Assembly: GCF_964194155.1 (NCBI RefSeq)
Contig: NC_135901.1
Span: 20,584,001 to 20,648,000, forward strand
Direction: 5' to 3'
DNA: 64,000 nucleotides
DNA from: Cetorhinus maximus
Lineage: Eukaryota
The position numbers and the translations under genes are program-made. Shown one piece after another: positions 1-13,545 of this stretch (its first letter is position 1; every line of letters starts with the position of its first letter). The notes beneath the pieces were generated by a model. That model saw nothing but the letters and a program-made list of their open reading frames with translations. It searched no databases and was not told the origin of the DNA.

Positions 1-8
1 CACCAGCT

Positions 9-1040
9 GTGGGCAGGAGTTCACCACCACAGCAACATGTCGTTTCAGAAACTCCAACACAGACAAACAAGGTGTCAGTAGAGATCATCCCACAACATGA
101 GTCAGGAATACCTTCATACGAGGCACTTTTGCCTTTACAGAATCGGCTTGTTCAGCCATCAGATGAAGTGCAGCAGATCATCTCATCTGATCTCACCAAA
201 GTTCTGAGGCTGCATTCCCATCATCTCTCACAGATGGACAGATGCTAAACATATGAGACAATCACATTAAAATCTGGAACTCAGATGGGGATAAGGATTG
301 GTGTTAGGTGGGATGATCTGGATCAATCAGCTCCAGGAAGCTTTAAAATCAGAATGACAGCATTTCAGAAATTATTCCTGTGATGTCAGTGATCCCATTC
401 CTATCTGTTAGTAAGACCAATGGAAGTACTTAGTGGAGACAGTAGCATGCTGGAAGATGATGTACACAAGGGTTTTCTGAACTGAGGATAATAGGGGAAA
501 GGAAGGGATCTTGAAAAAAACCAGATTCTCCATGTTGTTACAAAGGACATGGGACCTTCCACTTGGTTTGACACAACAAACATACACACAAACCCACATG
601 GATACACTTCCTATCGATCAGGTTTTGCCTCACACCGCCAACCCAACTGCTGACTAAGACTGGCGATAAAGTATCAGTGTTTGTAAGGACCAAAAAGTTA
701 TAGAAATTCAAGTAAACATCACCCTCCAGGGCCTCAAAGCAGTTTTGACTATCTAATTCCAGCACTTTCTCTGAACCTTAATCTATAACGGACAACATCT
801 TGAACAGACACAATGTCAAAAAGCTAAGCCACCAATAGACATTAGGTGGTCTTTGGCCACTCTGGTGATCAGCCCTGGTGGGAGATTTTAGACAATACAG
901 GACATCTTTGCATAATTGCAGCCCCTACTTTCCTATTGGTATTATGGGTAATTCCCCTTATATTGATGGTCTCGGTGAAAGTCAGGCCACAGAGCAGAAT
1001 GGATGAAAAGACGGCCCAAACTCCCTGTAAATCTAACATT
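9..1040 (+). pseudogene. Decayed retroviral envelope-like sequence (C-terminal part)
   Basis: Frame-broken translation gives RFCLTP..IEIQVNITLQG..FDYLIPAL, then DQPWWEIL and a hydrophobic stretch (IIAAPTFLLVLWVIPLILMV) with a short tail. This is the membrane-proximal/TM layout of an Env. Many stops are present; the family assignment is inference. Confidence 0.45.
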
Positions 1041-2412
1041 CTGATTTCGGTTTTGTAGCCATCTTTCCATCCATCTGCTGCCTGGCCCTTCACTCCACAC
1101 AGGCTGATCTTGGTCACCTTGTACACACTGTTATGGATAACAAGCGGGTTACAAAACAGAAAACAGAGAAGAGGTTAAGAGTAGCGACTCAGACTGGTAA
1201 AAGGTGGGAATTGATGTTCCATAGGGAGCAATGCTGGAACCACGGTTATTCAAATTTATACAAACGATTTGGACTCAGAAATCATAAACCCAATTTTAAA
1301 ATTTGGGAGCAGAAATACAGTAAATCACAGATAAGAATTCCCAGTTAACAAAACTTTGTTGTACAGCTCATTAAATCTTTAATTCAGTAGCAGAGTGTAC
1401 AATGACATGAGGAAGTGATGAACTGATTTATTTATGAATCAAATGATTCCTAAATTGGGAAGTACAGTTAATACTGGAGGAAGACTGCAACAAAATCCTG
1501 TGATCTAACACACACACATCAATATAGCAGGGAATTCTTGGAAACATGGTGTAGGTCCTTCTTTATCTGGAGATCAAATGTCTGTTGTATAATTGTCCCA
1601 GGAGTTAAAAGGATCCTGTGAATTCCTCCTTGTGTTATTTTAAGACAGACTTTACACTATTTATTTTTAGCTACGTTTTACTATGTTAAAGGTGCTATGT
1701 CAATACAAGTTGTTGTTGACATTGGCTTAAAGTTGTGGACTCAGGACTGTCACCAATAAATCTTAAAAACTTCACAGAATAATCACCACAGTTATTTTTA
1801 AACTGGAGACTCATTCCTGCCATTTCAGTTTCAGTCAGGAACAGAGCACAGTTTTACACCAATCTCTGATTTAACAGCACATTTCCAGACTGCCTGACTC
1901 AGGTTGTACAACCACAGTTGTAAAGGAGCCTTCTGCTCTCTGCCTAGCAGCTTTGAAACACGATGGTTACAAAACAGAAATCGGAGGGCTAGATTTACAG
2001 GGAGTTTGTATTTTTCCATCCATTTTTCTATGTGGCCTTGGACTCCACAGCCTGACCTTGGTCATCTTTAGTCTGTATGTACTGCACAGACGTGGCTGTG
2101 ACACATTTCTCACACCTCTAGATTAATCCACATGTGGGTTTTGCTGTCAGTGAAGAAATATGAGAAAGACCAAAGTGTCATTTGTCCCTCTCAGTGTGAC
2201 CCTAAAGGACTGTGTCCAGGCTGAAGTTCTGTTCCTGCCGTATGATCCTCCCCCACATTGTCCTTTCTGAGCTCCAGCCAGGTGATGTTAAACACTCAGA
2301 TGGGAAAGACAAAATTGTGCAACAATGTGTGAAAAACAAAGTTTGACATGCTATGTGACATTTATCCAGAATATTAAACAGCAGCCCATTGATATGGTTT
2401 ATTAACTTATAT

Positions 2413-4350
2413 ACGAACATACGAATTAGGAGCAGGAGTAGGCCACTCAGTCCCTCGGGCTTGTTCTGCCTTTCAATAAGATCATGGCTGATCTGATTGT
2501 AATCTCAACTACACATTCCTGCCGACCTCGATAACCTTTCACCCCCTTGCTTATCAAGAACCTATCTACCTCTGCCTTAAATATATTCAAATATTCTGTC
2601 TCAACTGTCTTTTGAGGAAGAGAATTCGAAAGTCTTACAACCCTATGAGAGAAGAAATAATTCCTCATCACTGACTTAAACGGGCGACACCTTAAAGAGT
2701 GGCCCCTAGTTAAAGATTCTCTCAGAAGAGAAAACATCCTTTCCACATCCACCCTGGCAAGACCCCTCATGATCTTATGTGTTTCAATCAAGTTGCCTCT
2801 TATCCCTCTAAACTCCAGCAGATACAAGCCTAGTCTGTCCAACCTTTCCTCATAAGACAACCTGCCCATTCCTGGTAATGATCAACTAAACCTTCGCTGA
2901 ACTGCTTCCAATGCATTTACATCTTTCCTTAAATAAGGAGACCAAGACTACATATAGTACTCCAGATGTGGGCTCACCAGTGCCCTGTATAACTGAAGCA
3001 TAACCTCCCTACTCTTGTATTCAGTTTCCCTTGCAATGAACGATAACATTCTTTCAGCTTTGCTAATTACTTGCTGGACTTGCACACTAACCTTTTGCGA
3101 TTCATTCAATAGGACACCCAGATCCCTCTGAATCTCAGAGCTCTGCAACCTCTCACCATTTAAATAATATGCTTCTTTTTTATCCTTCCTGCCAAAATGG
3201 ACACTGTCACATTTTCCCACATTATACTCCATTTGCCAGATTTTTGCCCACTCACCTAACCTATTTGTATCCTTTTGTAGCCTCCTTATGTCCTCTTCAC
3301 AATTTATTTTCCTACCTATGTGTCATCAGAAAATTTAGCAACCATACCATTGGTTCCTTAATCCAAATCATTTATATAAATTGTAAAGAGTTGAGGTCCC
3401 AGCACTGATCCTTGTGGCACACCAATCATCACATCCTGCTGATCAGAAAAAGACCCATTTCTGTCGACTCTGTTTCCTGTAGGTTGCTAATCTTCTATTC
3501 ATATCAATGTGTTACCCCCTACACCATGAGATTTCATTTTCTGCATAACCTTTACTGAGGCACCTTATCAAATGCCTTCTGGAAATATAGGTACAGTACA
3601 TCCACCAGTTCCCCTTTATCCACAGCACCTATTATTTCTTCAAAGAGCCCCAAAAAATTGGTTAAGCATGATTTCCCGCTCACAAAACCTTGTTGACTCT
3701 GCCTGATTAAACTTGAAGTTATCTAAGTGCCCTGTAATAACGCTTCTAACATTTTCCCTATGACAGATGTTAAGCTAACTGGCCTATAGTTTCCTGCTCT
3801 CTGTCTCCCTCCCTTTTTGAATAAAGGAGTTACATTTCCTATTTCCCTATCTGATGGAACCTTCCCCAAATCTAGCGAATTTTGGAAAATTAAAACCAAT
3901 GCATCAACTATCTCACTAGCCACTTTTTTTAAGACCCGAGGATGAAATTCTTCATGACCCGGGGACTTGTCAGCCTGCAGCTCCAACAATTTGCTCAGTA
4001 CCACTTCCCTGGTGATTGTAATTTTCTTCAGCTCCTCCCTCCCTTCCAATTCCTGATTTATAGCCATTCCTTGCATGTTACTTGTATCCTCCACAGTGAA
4101 GACGATGCAAAATACCTCTTCAATTCATCTGCCATCTCCTTATTTTCCATTATTAACTCTCCAGATTCCCTTTCTATAGGAGCAACCCTTACTTTGTTAA
4201 CTCTTTTCATTTTTAAATATCAATATTTACTTTTACTATCTGTCTTTATATTTCTACTTCGCTTTCTCTCTCTTTATTAAATCTTTCAGTCATTCTTTTC
4301 TTTTTAAAAATTCTATCCAGTCTTCTGAGCTGCCACCCATCTTTGCACAA
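2413..4350 (-). mobile_element. CR1 LINE, 5'-truncated, inserted in the 3' block of ZNF-1
   Basis: ORF2 fragments DKSPG..HPRVLK, VTPLFKKG..GNYRPVSLTSV, RDLGV, LYRALV.PHLEY, LSYEERL. The 3' tail tacgaacatacgaattaggagcagg is at 2412, and ttatat flanks both ends. Confidence 0.92.
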
Positions 4351-4446
4351 TTATATTTCAGCAGAAACGAACTCCAGCTGTCAGAATGAAAGAATTCAAT
4401 CCTGAACAGGATTAACAGCAACAGTAACCAGATTTCAAACCCAGTG

Positions 4447-5495
4447 TCACTTGTGAACTCGCTGATGTGTCAGCAGGGTGGATGACTGAGTGAATCCCTT
4501 CCCACACACGGAGCAGGTGAATGGCCTCTCCCCAGTGTGAACTCGCTGGTGTGTCAGCAGATCCTTTTTACTTTTAAAGGTCTTCTCACACTCAGAACAT
4601 TTAAAAGGTCTCTGATCAGTATGAACAAGTTGATGTGTCAGAAGGTGGGATGACCGAATGAATCCCTTTCCACACATGGAACATGTGAATGGCCTCTCGC
4701 CAGTGTGAACTCGCTGATGTGTCAACAGGTCAGATGAATTGGTGTATCCCTTCCCGTCCATGGAGCAGGTGAATGGCCTCTCCCCAGTGTGAATTCGCTG
4801 GTGTATCAGTAGTTTGGAAGGCCGATTAAATCCCTTGCCACAGATAAAGCAGGTGTATGGACTTTCCCCAGTGTGAATTCTCTGGTGATTCAGAAGCCCA
4901 GATAATCGCTTAAATCCTTCTCCACACAAGGAACAGATGAACGGACTCTCCCTCGTGTGAATGCGCTGGTGTGTCAGCAGGTAGGATGACTGAGTGAATC
5001 CCTTCCCACACACAGAGCAGATGAACGTCCTCTCTCCACTGTGAGTTTGCTGGTGCCTCTGAAAGTTTGATGAATGACACACACAGAGCAGATGACTGAA
5101 CTCTGCTCAGTGTGAATGTGCTGGTGTCTCATCAGGTTGGATGAATTAGTGAATCCCTTCCCACACACGGAGCAAGTGAACGGCCTCTCCCCAGTGTGAC
5201 TGCGTTGATGAATTTCCAGCTTTGACGGGGAACCAAATCCCTTCCCACAGTCCCCACATTTCCATGGTTTCTCCATGGTGCCGGTGTCCTCGTGGCTGTC
5301 CATGTTGGATGGTCAGACCAAACCTCGTACAGTTTATCCCTGCTGTGAATAATTAGATGTTTTTTCAGGCTGTGCAATTGGTTAAAACATTTCTCATTTA
5401 AGGTTCAATGATATCCAGCACCTGATGTATTGACTGAATCTGTCAGATTTTGACGTGATTTTTGGTTTGAGTTTCCTGTCAGCAAATCTTCCTGT
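4447..5495 (-). pseudogene. ZNF-1: C2H2 finger-array exon, frameshifted near 5085
   Basis: ORFs 4974-5303 ([14 protein letters not shown]...) and 4447-5082 (TGERPF-linked fingers ending HQRVHK*) lie in different frames. The leader is partly deleted and interrupted by a LINE fragment. Confidence 0.88.
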
Positions 5496-5496
5496 T

Positions 5497-5700
5497 CACT
5501 TCCTTGAACTGCTGTAGTCCATGTGGTGTCAGCGCTGTTAGGAAGGGAATTCCAGGATTTCGACCCAGCAACGATGATGGAACGGCAATATATTCCCAAG
5601 TCTGATTTATGATGGAATAAAGGTTATTGATAAAGCAGCTGAAGATGGTTGGGCCCAGGATACTGTCCTGAGGAATTCCTGCAGCGATGTCCTAGGATTG
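5497..5700 (-). mobile_element. Fragment of the LINE family seen at 31178-32672
   Basis: gttaggaagggaattccaggatttcgacccagc and aagcagctgaagatggttggg match 31323-31360 and 32120-32140. Confidence 0.7.
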
Positions 5701-6049
5701 AGATAAAGAATAAAAAAAATTAAACCGATAAATGTTAAATTGTGTTGTTGATAAAAGAGATACTCATTCAATTTTTCAGAGATGAATGATTCCCCAGGGG
5801 TTCACTCTGACTCCCCTGACTGACTGACTCAGGGTCCAGTCCTCAATCCCCCCGATTGGTGACTGAACTCGCTGCTCCTTTGCTCCTCCGGCCTCTGAGC
5901 TCCTCTTGCTGTTGTTTCCCAGGACAGTCAATGCCCGCTCTCCAACATGACCCTGTCAGATGGAGTTCAGGGGCTCAGAGGAAGAAAAGAAAATGAGGCG
6001 GTGAATCTGAGTTGGGAGAAACAAGGAGAGAAACAGGATTCAATGGAGA

Positions 6050-6400
6050 AACTGAGCGGGGGGCGAGCGCAGCCTCAGGAACAGCGGCTCTCAGAGGCCG
6101 AATGAGAGCGGCCGGGCCAGGCGGCCGTGCGGTGATCTCCCCGGGCTGGGGGTCAGGGGTCGGGGCTGCCCATTAAAACGATGCTGCAGCGCCTCCCCCA
6201 TCCTCGCCGCCGCTTCCCGGTCTCGTCTCCCGTTTCCACCGAGTCCGACTCGCAACAAAGGAACCGCCCAGAATGCCCCGCGGCTGGCCCTGGGGCGCAT
6301 GCGCACTCTCAGCGCCTGGGGGAAAGGCGCGAGTTGTATTGAGCGATTTCTGGGGCGCAGGGGATTGGGGGAGCTATGGCTGCCATTAGGAACATGGTCC
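6050..6400. promoter_or_regulatory. CpG island, probable ZNF-1 promoter
   Basis: CpG-dense in a CpG-poor background, with the NRF1-type palindrome GCGCATGCGC at 6295-6304, upstream of the minus-strand exon. Confidence 0.7.
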
Positions 6401-6409
6401 ACTGCAGTA

Positions 6410-7220
6410 ACCAGTTGACCGGGTATAGTGTATTATAAAAAAGGACTTTTATATATAAAATAGTGTATTGTAATTAGGGAGAAGGTCTAATGCAGTCAGC
6501 AGTAGACTGGGTCTCGTGTATTATAAACAGGCTCATGGTCTAATGTGGTATAAGCATGGACAGGGTCTAGCGCAGTAATCAGTAAACCAGGTCTAATGTA
6601 TTATAAACAGGGACAGGGTGTAGTGTATTTTAAACAGGGACAGGGTCCAGTGCCATAATCAGTAAACCGGGTCTAATGTATTATAAACAGGGGTAAGGTC
6701 CCATGCAATAATTAGTAGACCGAGTATCATGTATTATAAATGTACTTCCAAGGCCAGTATTTGATGCCGATCTAGAACAGGGCCTAGTGTGATATCGGTA
6801 GATATCATTAGAGACATGATCTATTACAGTAATAATTGAGACAAGGTCTAATAAAATATAAACAGAAACAAGATCTATTACATAATAACTGAGACAGGGC
6901 CTAGTGCCCCAGTAACTGAGGCAGAGTAATGTGTAGTATAAAGAGAGATATGGTCGAGTCTGGTAATAACCTGGTAATAATAGTCTGGTAATTGCCTTGT
7001 TAATTTAAATATAATCATGCTGAATTGTAAAAATAACAGACAGAAGAGTCTAATTTAACATATACAGATTCAGGGGCTCGTGCAGTAAGACAGGGCCTGG
7101 TGTAATATAAACAGTGATATTGGCTTAGTGCAGGAATCTGAGACAGTGTCTCAGTGTAATCAGAGATACATTCTACTTTAACATAAACACCAATACAGTC
7201 TATTTTAATATAAACAGTGA
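6410..7220. repeat. Degenerate tandem repeat (about 31-bp subunits, alternating)
   Basis: Recurrent gtctaatgtattataaacaggg and gcagtaatcagtaaaccggg units that decay rightwards. Confidence 0.75.
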
Positions 7221-8049
7221 CTCAATCTGTACTTTTGGGAGGTTTTAATTCCTCTTTTATCAACTGAAACAGACATAGTAACAAAGTTCAGTTGTGAAAC
7301 AACTTTATGGAGACAAAGTCAAGACAAGTTTATCAAGTTTCATGTAAACTACAGCAACAAACTCTGGCAGTGATTTACAGTTTAACGTGGGTTATTCTAC
7401 CTGTGTCAAATCTGTTTCTTCTCGGTTTCTCCTTCTCTTGGCTGCTGGTCTCGGCTTCTTCTCCTCCACATGGCCTTGCTCAGGAGGATCTCTTTCATGT
7501 TGCCTCTTACCCAATTAACCTCTTCCCCTTCCCAATCAATATTCATCCCTGTGATGATCATGCCCTGAGAATGTTTCTCTTAACCAATCAGGTACAGTTC
7601 AGGTCAGCAATGTTAGCCTTAGTTAATCACCTAAATTTATCGTATTCACAGTTCATGTCAGGAATGTTAGCCTTGGTTAATCATGTAATGTTCTGTGTAT
7701 TCACCGTGGTTCTATTTTCTTGTATCTGCAGGCTGCTACATCCTGTTGCCATTTATCTCAGAGAGGCCCCTACATTCCTGCCTTTGGCTCACACAAACAA
7801 TCTTCAAGACCTTTGGCTTTTAGCTGCAGTAAGTATTTTAAAGATTGTCATTATTTCCCAGAATCTTTCTCCCTTGGAATTAATTTATACTATGCCCTAT
7901 TTCTCCATTCTCCTTCCTCACTATACCACAAAAGGGGTTTTAACAGAGTTCAGTGTTAATAATTTTACACCATCTTCTATTGAAGACCTCTGGTTATTCT
8001 CTTTCCCACGAGAGAAAACATTCTCTCTGTTTCCTCTCTATCGAAATCT

Positions 8050-8485
8050 TTCACAATTTTAAAGACCTCTATTAGGCCTTCAGCCTGCTATTTTTCAGAG
8101 AGAAGAGACCCAGTCTGTCAATCCTTTCCTCATATGTACTTCTGGTATCATCCTTGTAAATCTTCTCTGCTCCCTCTCCAGTGTCTCTCTATTCGTTTTA
8201 TAAAATGGTGACCAGAGCTGTACTCATTACTCTCAGTGTGGTCTGACCAGGGTTCCAGGCAGCTTTAGCAGAACTTCCCCACATTCCAATTCCATTCCTC
8301 AAGAAATAAAATCTAGTGCTCGATTTGCTCGTTTTATGGCCTTGCTCTGAATGTTACAATTATACTCAGAGATCTCTTTGTTCCTCTTTTCCACCCAGAC
8401 TCATAACTTCCAAGTAATAAATGACCTCCTCATTCTTCTGACCAAAATCTACTACCTCACATTTATCTGTGTTCAACTTCATTTT
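8050..8485 (-). mobile_element. Degenerate CR1 ORF2 fragment
   Basis: ggtatcatccttgtaaatcttctctgctccctctcc and ggtgaccagagctgtactcattactc resemble the reverse strand of the CR1 RT C-terminus. Confidence 0.7.
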
Positions 8486-8489
8486 GCGC

Positions 8490-9170
8490 TTCTCCCCAGT
8501 TTCCCTACCCACTATCCGAAAAGTCGCTGGAGAACACATCCCCGCTATACTGCCTGCCCTGCAGTGATTCCACGCTCTAACAAGTGTTAATTAGCTGGAG
8601 ACGGGGCTTCCGCCCCTCACTCGGGAGGAAGTCCCGCCACGGAGACCAATCTGTGGCCAGCAGCTCTCCTGAGCCTGCAGCGTATGAAGCTGCAGTGGAC
8701 AAGACTGGGACTGCATGCAGTTCCCAGAGTCGATGTCCCAGGAGTCCGGGACCAGGTAAATGTGGGGATCTCAGGGTGGGGAGGGGAAGTTCAGACCAAG
8801 GGGAGCTGAGGGGGGAGGGTGCAGGTTTTGGTATAGAAGCCAGTGGGGGAGGGAGGCCCCACGGAGTCAGACCTTTTGAGGGGGCAGCCAATGTTAGAAG
8901 GGGGCTGCTGATGGAGGTGACCCCCTGCAACTTCCCAACCAAGAACCAAAAATGGTTCATTTTCAGGCTTGTCCCTCACCCCCGAACTCCGCCCACCAGC
9001 CTGATAATTGAGGCTGTGCAGGAAAAGGCTCTCAAATGGTCAATAATTGGCCAATTAAGGGCCTCAACAGATGTAAGGGCAGGCAGGCCAGCCTGGGTCT
9101 CGCTGGTCGAAGTGTAAAATTGTGGAGAGGGCGGATTGGGCGAGAGCCCGGTAGGAAGACTATCTGAGAA
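8490..9170. mobile_element. GC-rich non-autonomous DNA-transposon-like repeat (possibly Harbinger-associated)
   Basis: GC/CpG-rich block with cccgcc and aattaagggcc motifs and no credible ORF, near the Harbinger remnant. The classification is inference. Confidence 0.4.
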
Positions 9171-9255
9171 ACATGATGGTCACTCCTGACTACAAACCCA
9201 TTGGTGGAGGAACGTAAAATTCTGTCCAGGGAATATTGCTGAAAAAGGAGACATG

Positions 9256-9291
9256 CTGTTGAAGCTTTTCGTCTTCTGCTCATCAGGGCAG
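9256..9291 (-). ncRNA. Minimal type-I hammerhead ribozyme motif, family B, in a PLE-like terminal repeat (about 9235-9455)
   Basis: Minus strand reads CUGCC-CUGAUGA-G(CAGAAGA)C-GAAA-AGCU-UC-AACAG: canonical core, palindromic AAGCUU stem III, UUC triplet. Stem I has two mismatches. Confidence 0.75.
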
Positions 9292-9454
9292 ATTTGCAAG
9301 AAAACCAATAGTAAAGGGAACAAAAATTTATACTGCATGAGCAGAGAGTGCTGAAGTTGGCAAGTGGACTCTGATTGGTAGAGGCATTGCCATGGAGAAT
9401 GCAGCAGGGAATCGTTAACTGCAAAGCTTTTGCTTTAATACGAACCAGGTAGGT

Positions 9455-10108
9455 CATTATCCCCCAGACCCGAATATAAAACAGTGAACGTTATCCCCCC
9501 AGACTTAAATATAAAACAGTGAACATTGTCCTCCAGACCCGAATATAAAACAGTGAACATTATACCCCAAACCCGAATATAAAACAGTGAACATTATATC
9601 CAAGACCCGAATATAAAACAGTGAACATTATACCTCAGACCCGAATATAAAAGTGAACATTATACCCCAGAGCCGAATATAAAACAGTGAACATTATCCC
9701 CCCAGACTCAAATATAAAACAGTGAACATTATCCCCCAGACCCGAATATAAAACAGTGAACATTATCCCCCAGACCCGAATATAAAACAGTGAACATTAT
9801 CCCCCCAGACTCAAATATAAAACAGTGAACATTATCCCCCAGACCCGAATATAAAACAGTGAACATTATTCCCCAGACCCGAATATAAAACAGTGAACAT
9901 TATCCCCCAGACCCAAATATAAAACAGTGACCATTATCACCCAGACCTGAACATAAAACAGTGATCATTATCCCCCAGACCCGAATATAAAACAGTGAAC
10001 ATTATCCCCAGACCCGAATTTAAAACAGTGACCATTATCCCCCAGAACTGAATATAAAACAGTGAACATTTATCCCCAGACCCGAATATAAAACAGTGAA
10101 CATTGCCC
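9455..10108. repeat. 34-bp minisatellite, about 19 copies
   Basis: Unit cattatcccccagacccgaatataaaacagtgaa. Confidence 0.97.
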
Positions 10109-10249
10109 ACTGGTCAGGAGCTGTCTTGATGGATTGAGACTGCGAAATTCCAATATTCCAGATGTGTCTGTTCCAGGAACCAGGTTAAAGGGACACCCCC
10201 TTCAAACTGGGCTCATGTGAGGAACTGCACCAATGAGGTTCAGGAATGA

Positions 10250-10825
10250 TGCAACCAGTCACATCACCGCCAGATGTGTCATCGAGCAAAGCATCACAAT
10301 GTTGACAATGTGTTTTCAGGTGTCTGGGTAGGTCTGGAGGTGACTTTCAGTACTCGGCAGCCAGGGACTCCAGAATAATAGTGATGTGCTGCATCCTGTA
10401 CAACTTTGCACAGCAGAGGAGGAGGAGGGGGCAGACTCAGCGAGTGGGAGGTGAGGCAGCCTGTTGGGTACTTCCTGGGGGTGGTGGGCTTTGAAGTTGG
10501 ATAAACAGTGAGAAGTGGGAATGCCTTGATTGGATTTCCCACTTCCATGGCTCCTTTTTCCATCATCCCTCTCCTGGATCAGCGTCACATCATTCCTCCC
10601 ACTCTGCTGCAGACCAGCTTGGTGGAGATCAGTAACGTGTTGTAAGGTCACAGATAAAGTGTCTGTCATCCTGTTTAAGGCAGCAGATATCTCCTGCATG
10701 GCCGTGATCATGATCTGCATGGACCCATTTCAGCTTGAAGCTTCATGGAGGCAGCCACTCTCTCCATGACAAACAGTCTCTGGAACCTCCTCCAGCCCTA
10801 CGACCCTCCCTGTGCTCCTGCAATT
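10250..10825. mobile_element. PIF/Harbinger transposon remnant
   Basis: Plus strand 10260-10420 translates HITARCVIEQSITMLTMCF/CLGRSGGDFQYSAARDSRIIVMCCILYNFA, matching the HARBI1-type C-terminus (H..TR..IE...LK.RFRCLD.SGG.LQY.P....I..CC.LHN). The convergent minus-strand coiled-coil-like ORF is probably the partner ORF. Confidence 0.85.
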
Positions 10826-10832
10826 AAGGGGC

Positions 10833-11205
10833 TGGGGGCAGTGGTGTGGTGTGATGCTAATATCACTGCATCAGTAATTCCAAGATTCAGGCTAATCCTC
10901 TGGGGGCATGGGTTCAAATCCCATCACAGCAGTTGGTGGAGTTTAAATTCAATTAATGAATCTGGAATTGAAAGAAAGTCTCAGTAATTGATAGTTGTAA
11001 AAATCCATCAGGTTCACTAATGCCATTTAGGGAAGGAAATCTACCATCCTTACCCAGTCTGGCCTACATGTGACTCCAGACTCCCAAAGCAACACAGGTG
11101 ACTCTTGTGTTGAGCAACCCATCAGTTCAAGGGCAACAAGGATTGGGCAACAAATACTGGCCTTTCCAGTGACCCCCCACATCCCATGAAAGAACAAAAA
11201 TAAAA
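10833..11205 (+). mobile_element. tRNA-derived SINE
   Basis: Degenerate A box, B box ggttcaaatcc, core gggaaggaaatctaccatccttacccagtctggcctacatgtgactcc, and tail cccacatcccatgaaagaacaaaaa. Confidence 0.88.
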
Positions 11206-11521
11206 TTCTGACCCCTTCAGCTCCCCACACCTACATCACTCCACCATTGGCAGAGGCGCTTTCACCTGCTGAGGTCCTCGGGGCTTGAATTCCCTCACTA
11301 AACCTGTCTCCTTCTTACCTTTTCGACCCAGCTTTTGATCCTCTGTGAAGGGTCTTGGGACGTTTTAATCTGTTCAAGGGTAAATCCAAGTTGTTGTTGT
11401 CACTGCCTTACATTGGGAGACTTCAGAATGTCACATAAACGCTTGGAAATTTTCAGACTGGAAACTTCACTTTCAGTCAGGAACAGGTCGCAGTTTCACA
11501 CCAATCTCTGATTTAACAGCT

Positions 11522-12234
11522 TGTTTGGTAAAACATCACCATCTAATAATCTTCATAAGATGTTAAGAAATTAATTGAGTATTAATAGAAACAGCTCTCG
11601 TACTCTCTGTTATGAAGAAAGCTTCCACAGCAGCTTGCTGGGTGACAAACACAGGACAGGCCTGTTATCTCTACCAAGGACATCTCTCTATCAATGTCCT
11701 TGAAACAAGAGATCTCTAACCCTGATCAGGTTAGATCTCTTGACCCACATGTAAACCAACGATCTGAGTGAAGTTTAAACAGGCTCGAAAGGGAACATCA
11801 CTTTAGACAGTAAAGATTTTTTCAAACTGATCCATAATGATCTGGTTTCAGATTAACACCAAACACTTGGACTAGATCCAGAAGAATGAGAACAGAAGAG
11901 GCTGCCACATCCAGCTGCAGAGATCAGCTTCATCTGTCCGATCATCCAATCCAGGACCAGTAAACCATTCCAAAGAGACTGTCATCTCCAGCCACGGAGA
12001 TCAGCATCTCCCTGATCCGGGACCAGTAAACCATTCCGAGGAGACTGTCATCTCCAGCCACAGAGACCAGGATTGGTAAACCATTCTCAGCTGTTACAGG
12101 TTGTGTATCTTTTCTGAATATTTAGCTGATGTATCATATCTAAATGTTGCCTCTTAATAAAATGCTGAAAAATCACCAATGACTTCAACAGCTCCCTTTT
12201 TGGGTAATCTGTGATTCTGGACTAAAATCTTACA
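11522..12234 (+). mobile_element. Solo LTR
   Basis: TG...CA ends and AATAAA near 12156. It is absent from the paralogous flank at 1825-1960 and homologous to 24953-25390 and 27380-28166 in reverse. No clean TSD. Confidence 0.72.
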
Positions 12235-12384
12235 CTTTCCAGCATTCACAATTGCTCTTCTTGACTCCAAATACAGCTGTAAAGGAGCCTTCTGTTCCAT
12301 GCCTGGAGCTCTGAACTATGGAAGAGAGTGGCTGGGACACATTTCTTACACACCTCAGGATTAATACAGAGGTTAATACAGTGA

Positions 12385-13545
<1,161 letters not shown>

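Noticed and set aside
7307-8062. 251-aa hydrophobic ORF
   Set aside because: No recognisable motif; T-rich antisense reading across what appears to be decayed LINE sequence.
9455-10108. CRISPR-like array
   Set aside because: Head-to-tail repeats with no unique spacers, no cas genes, and a eukaryotic context.
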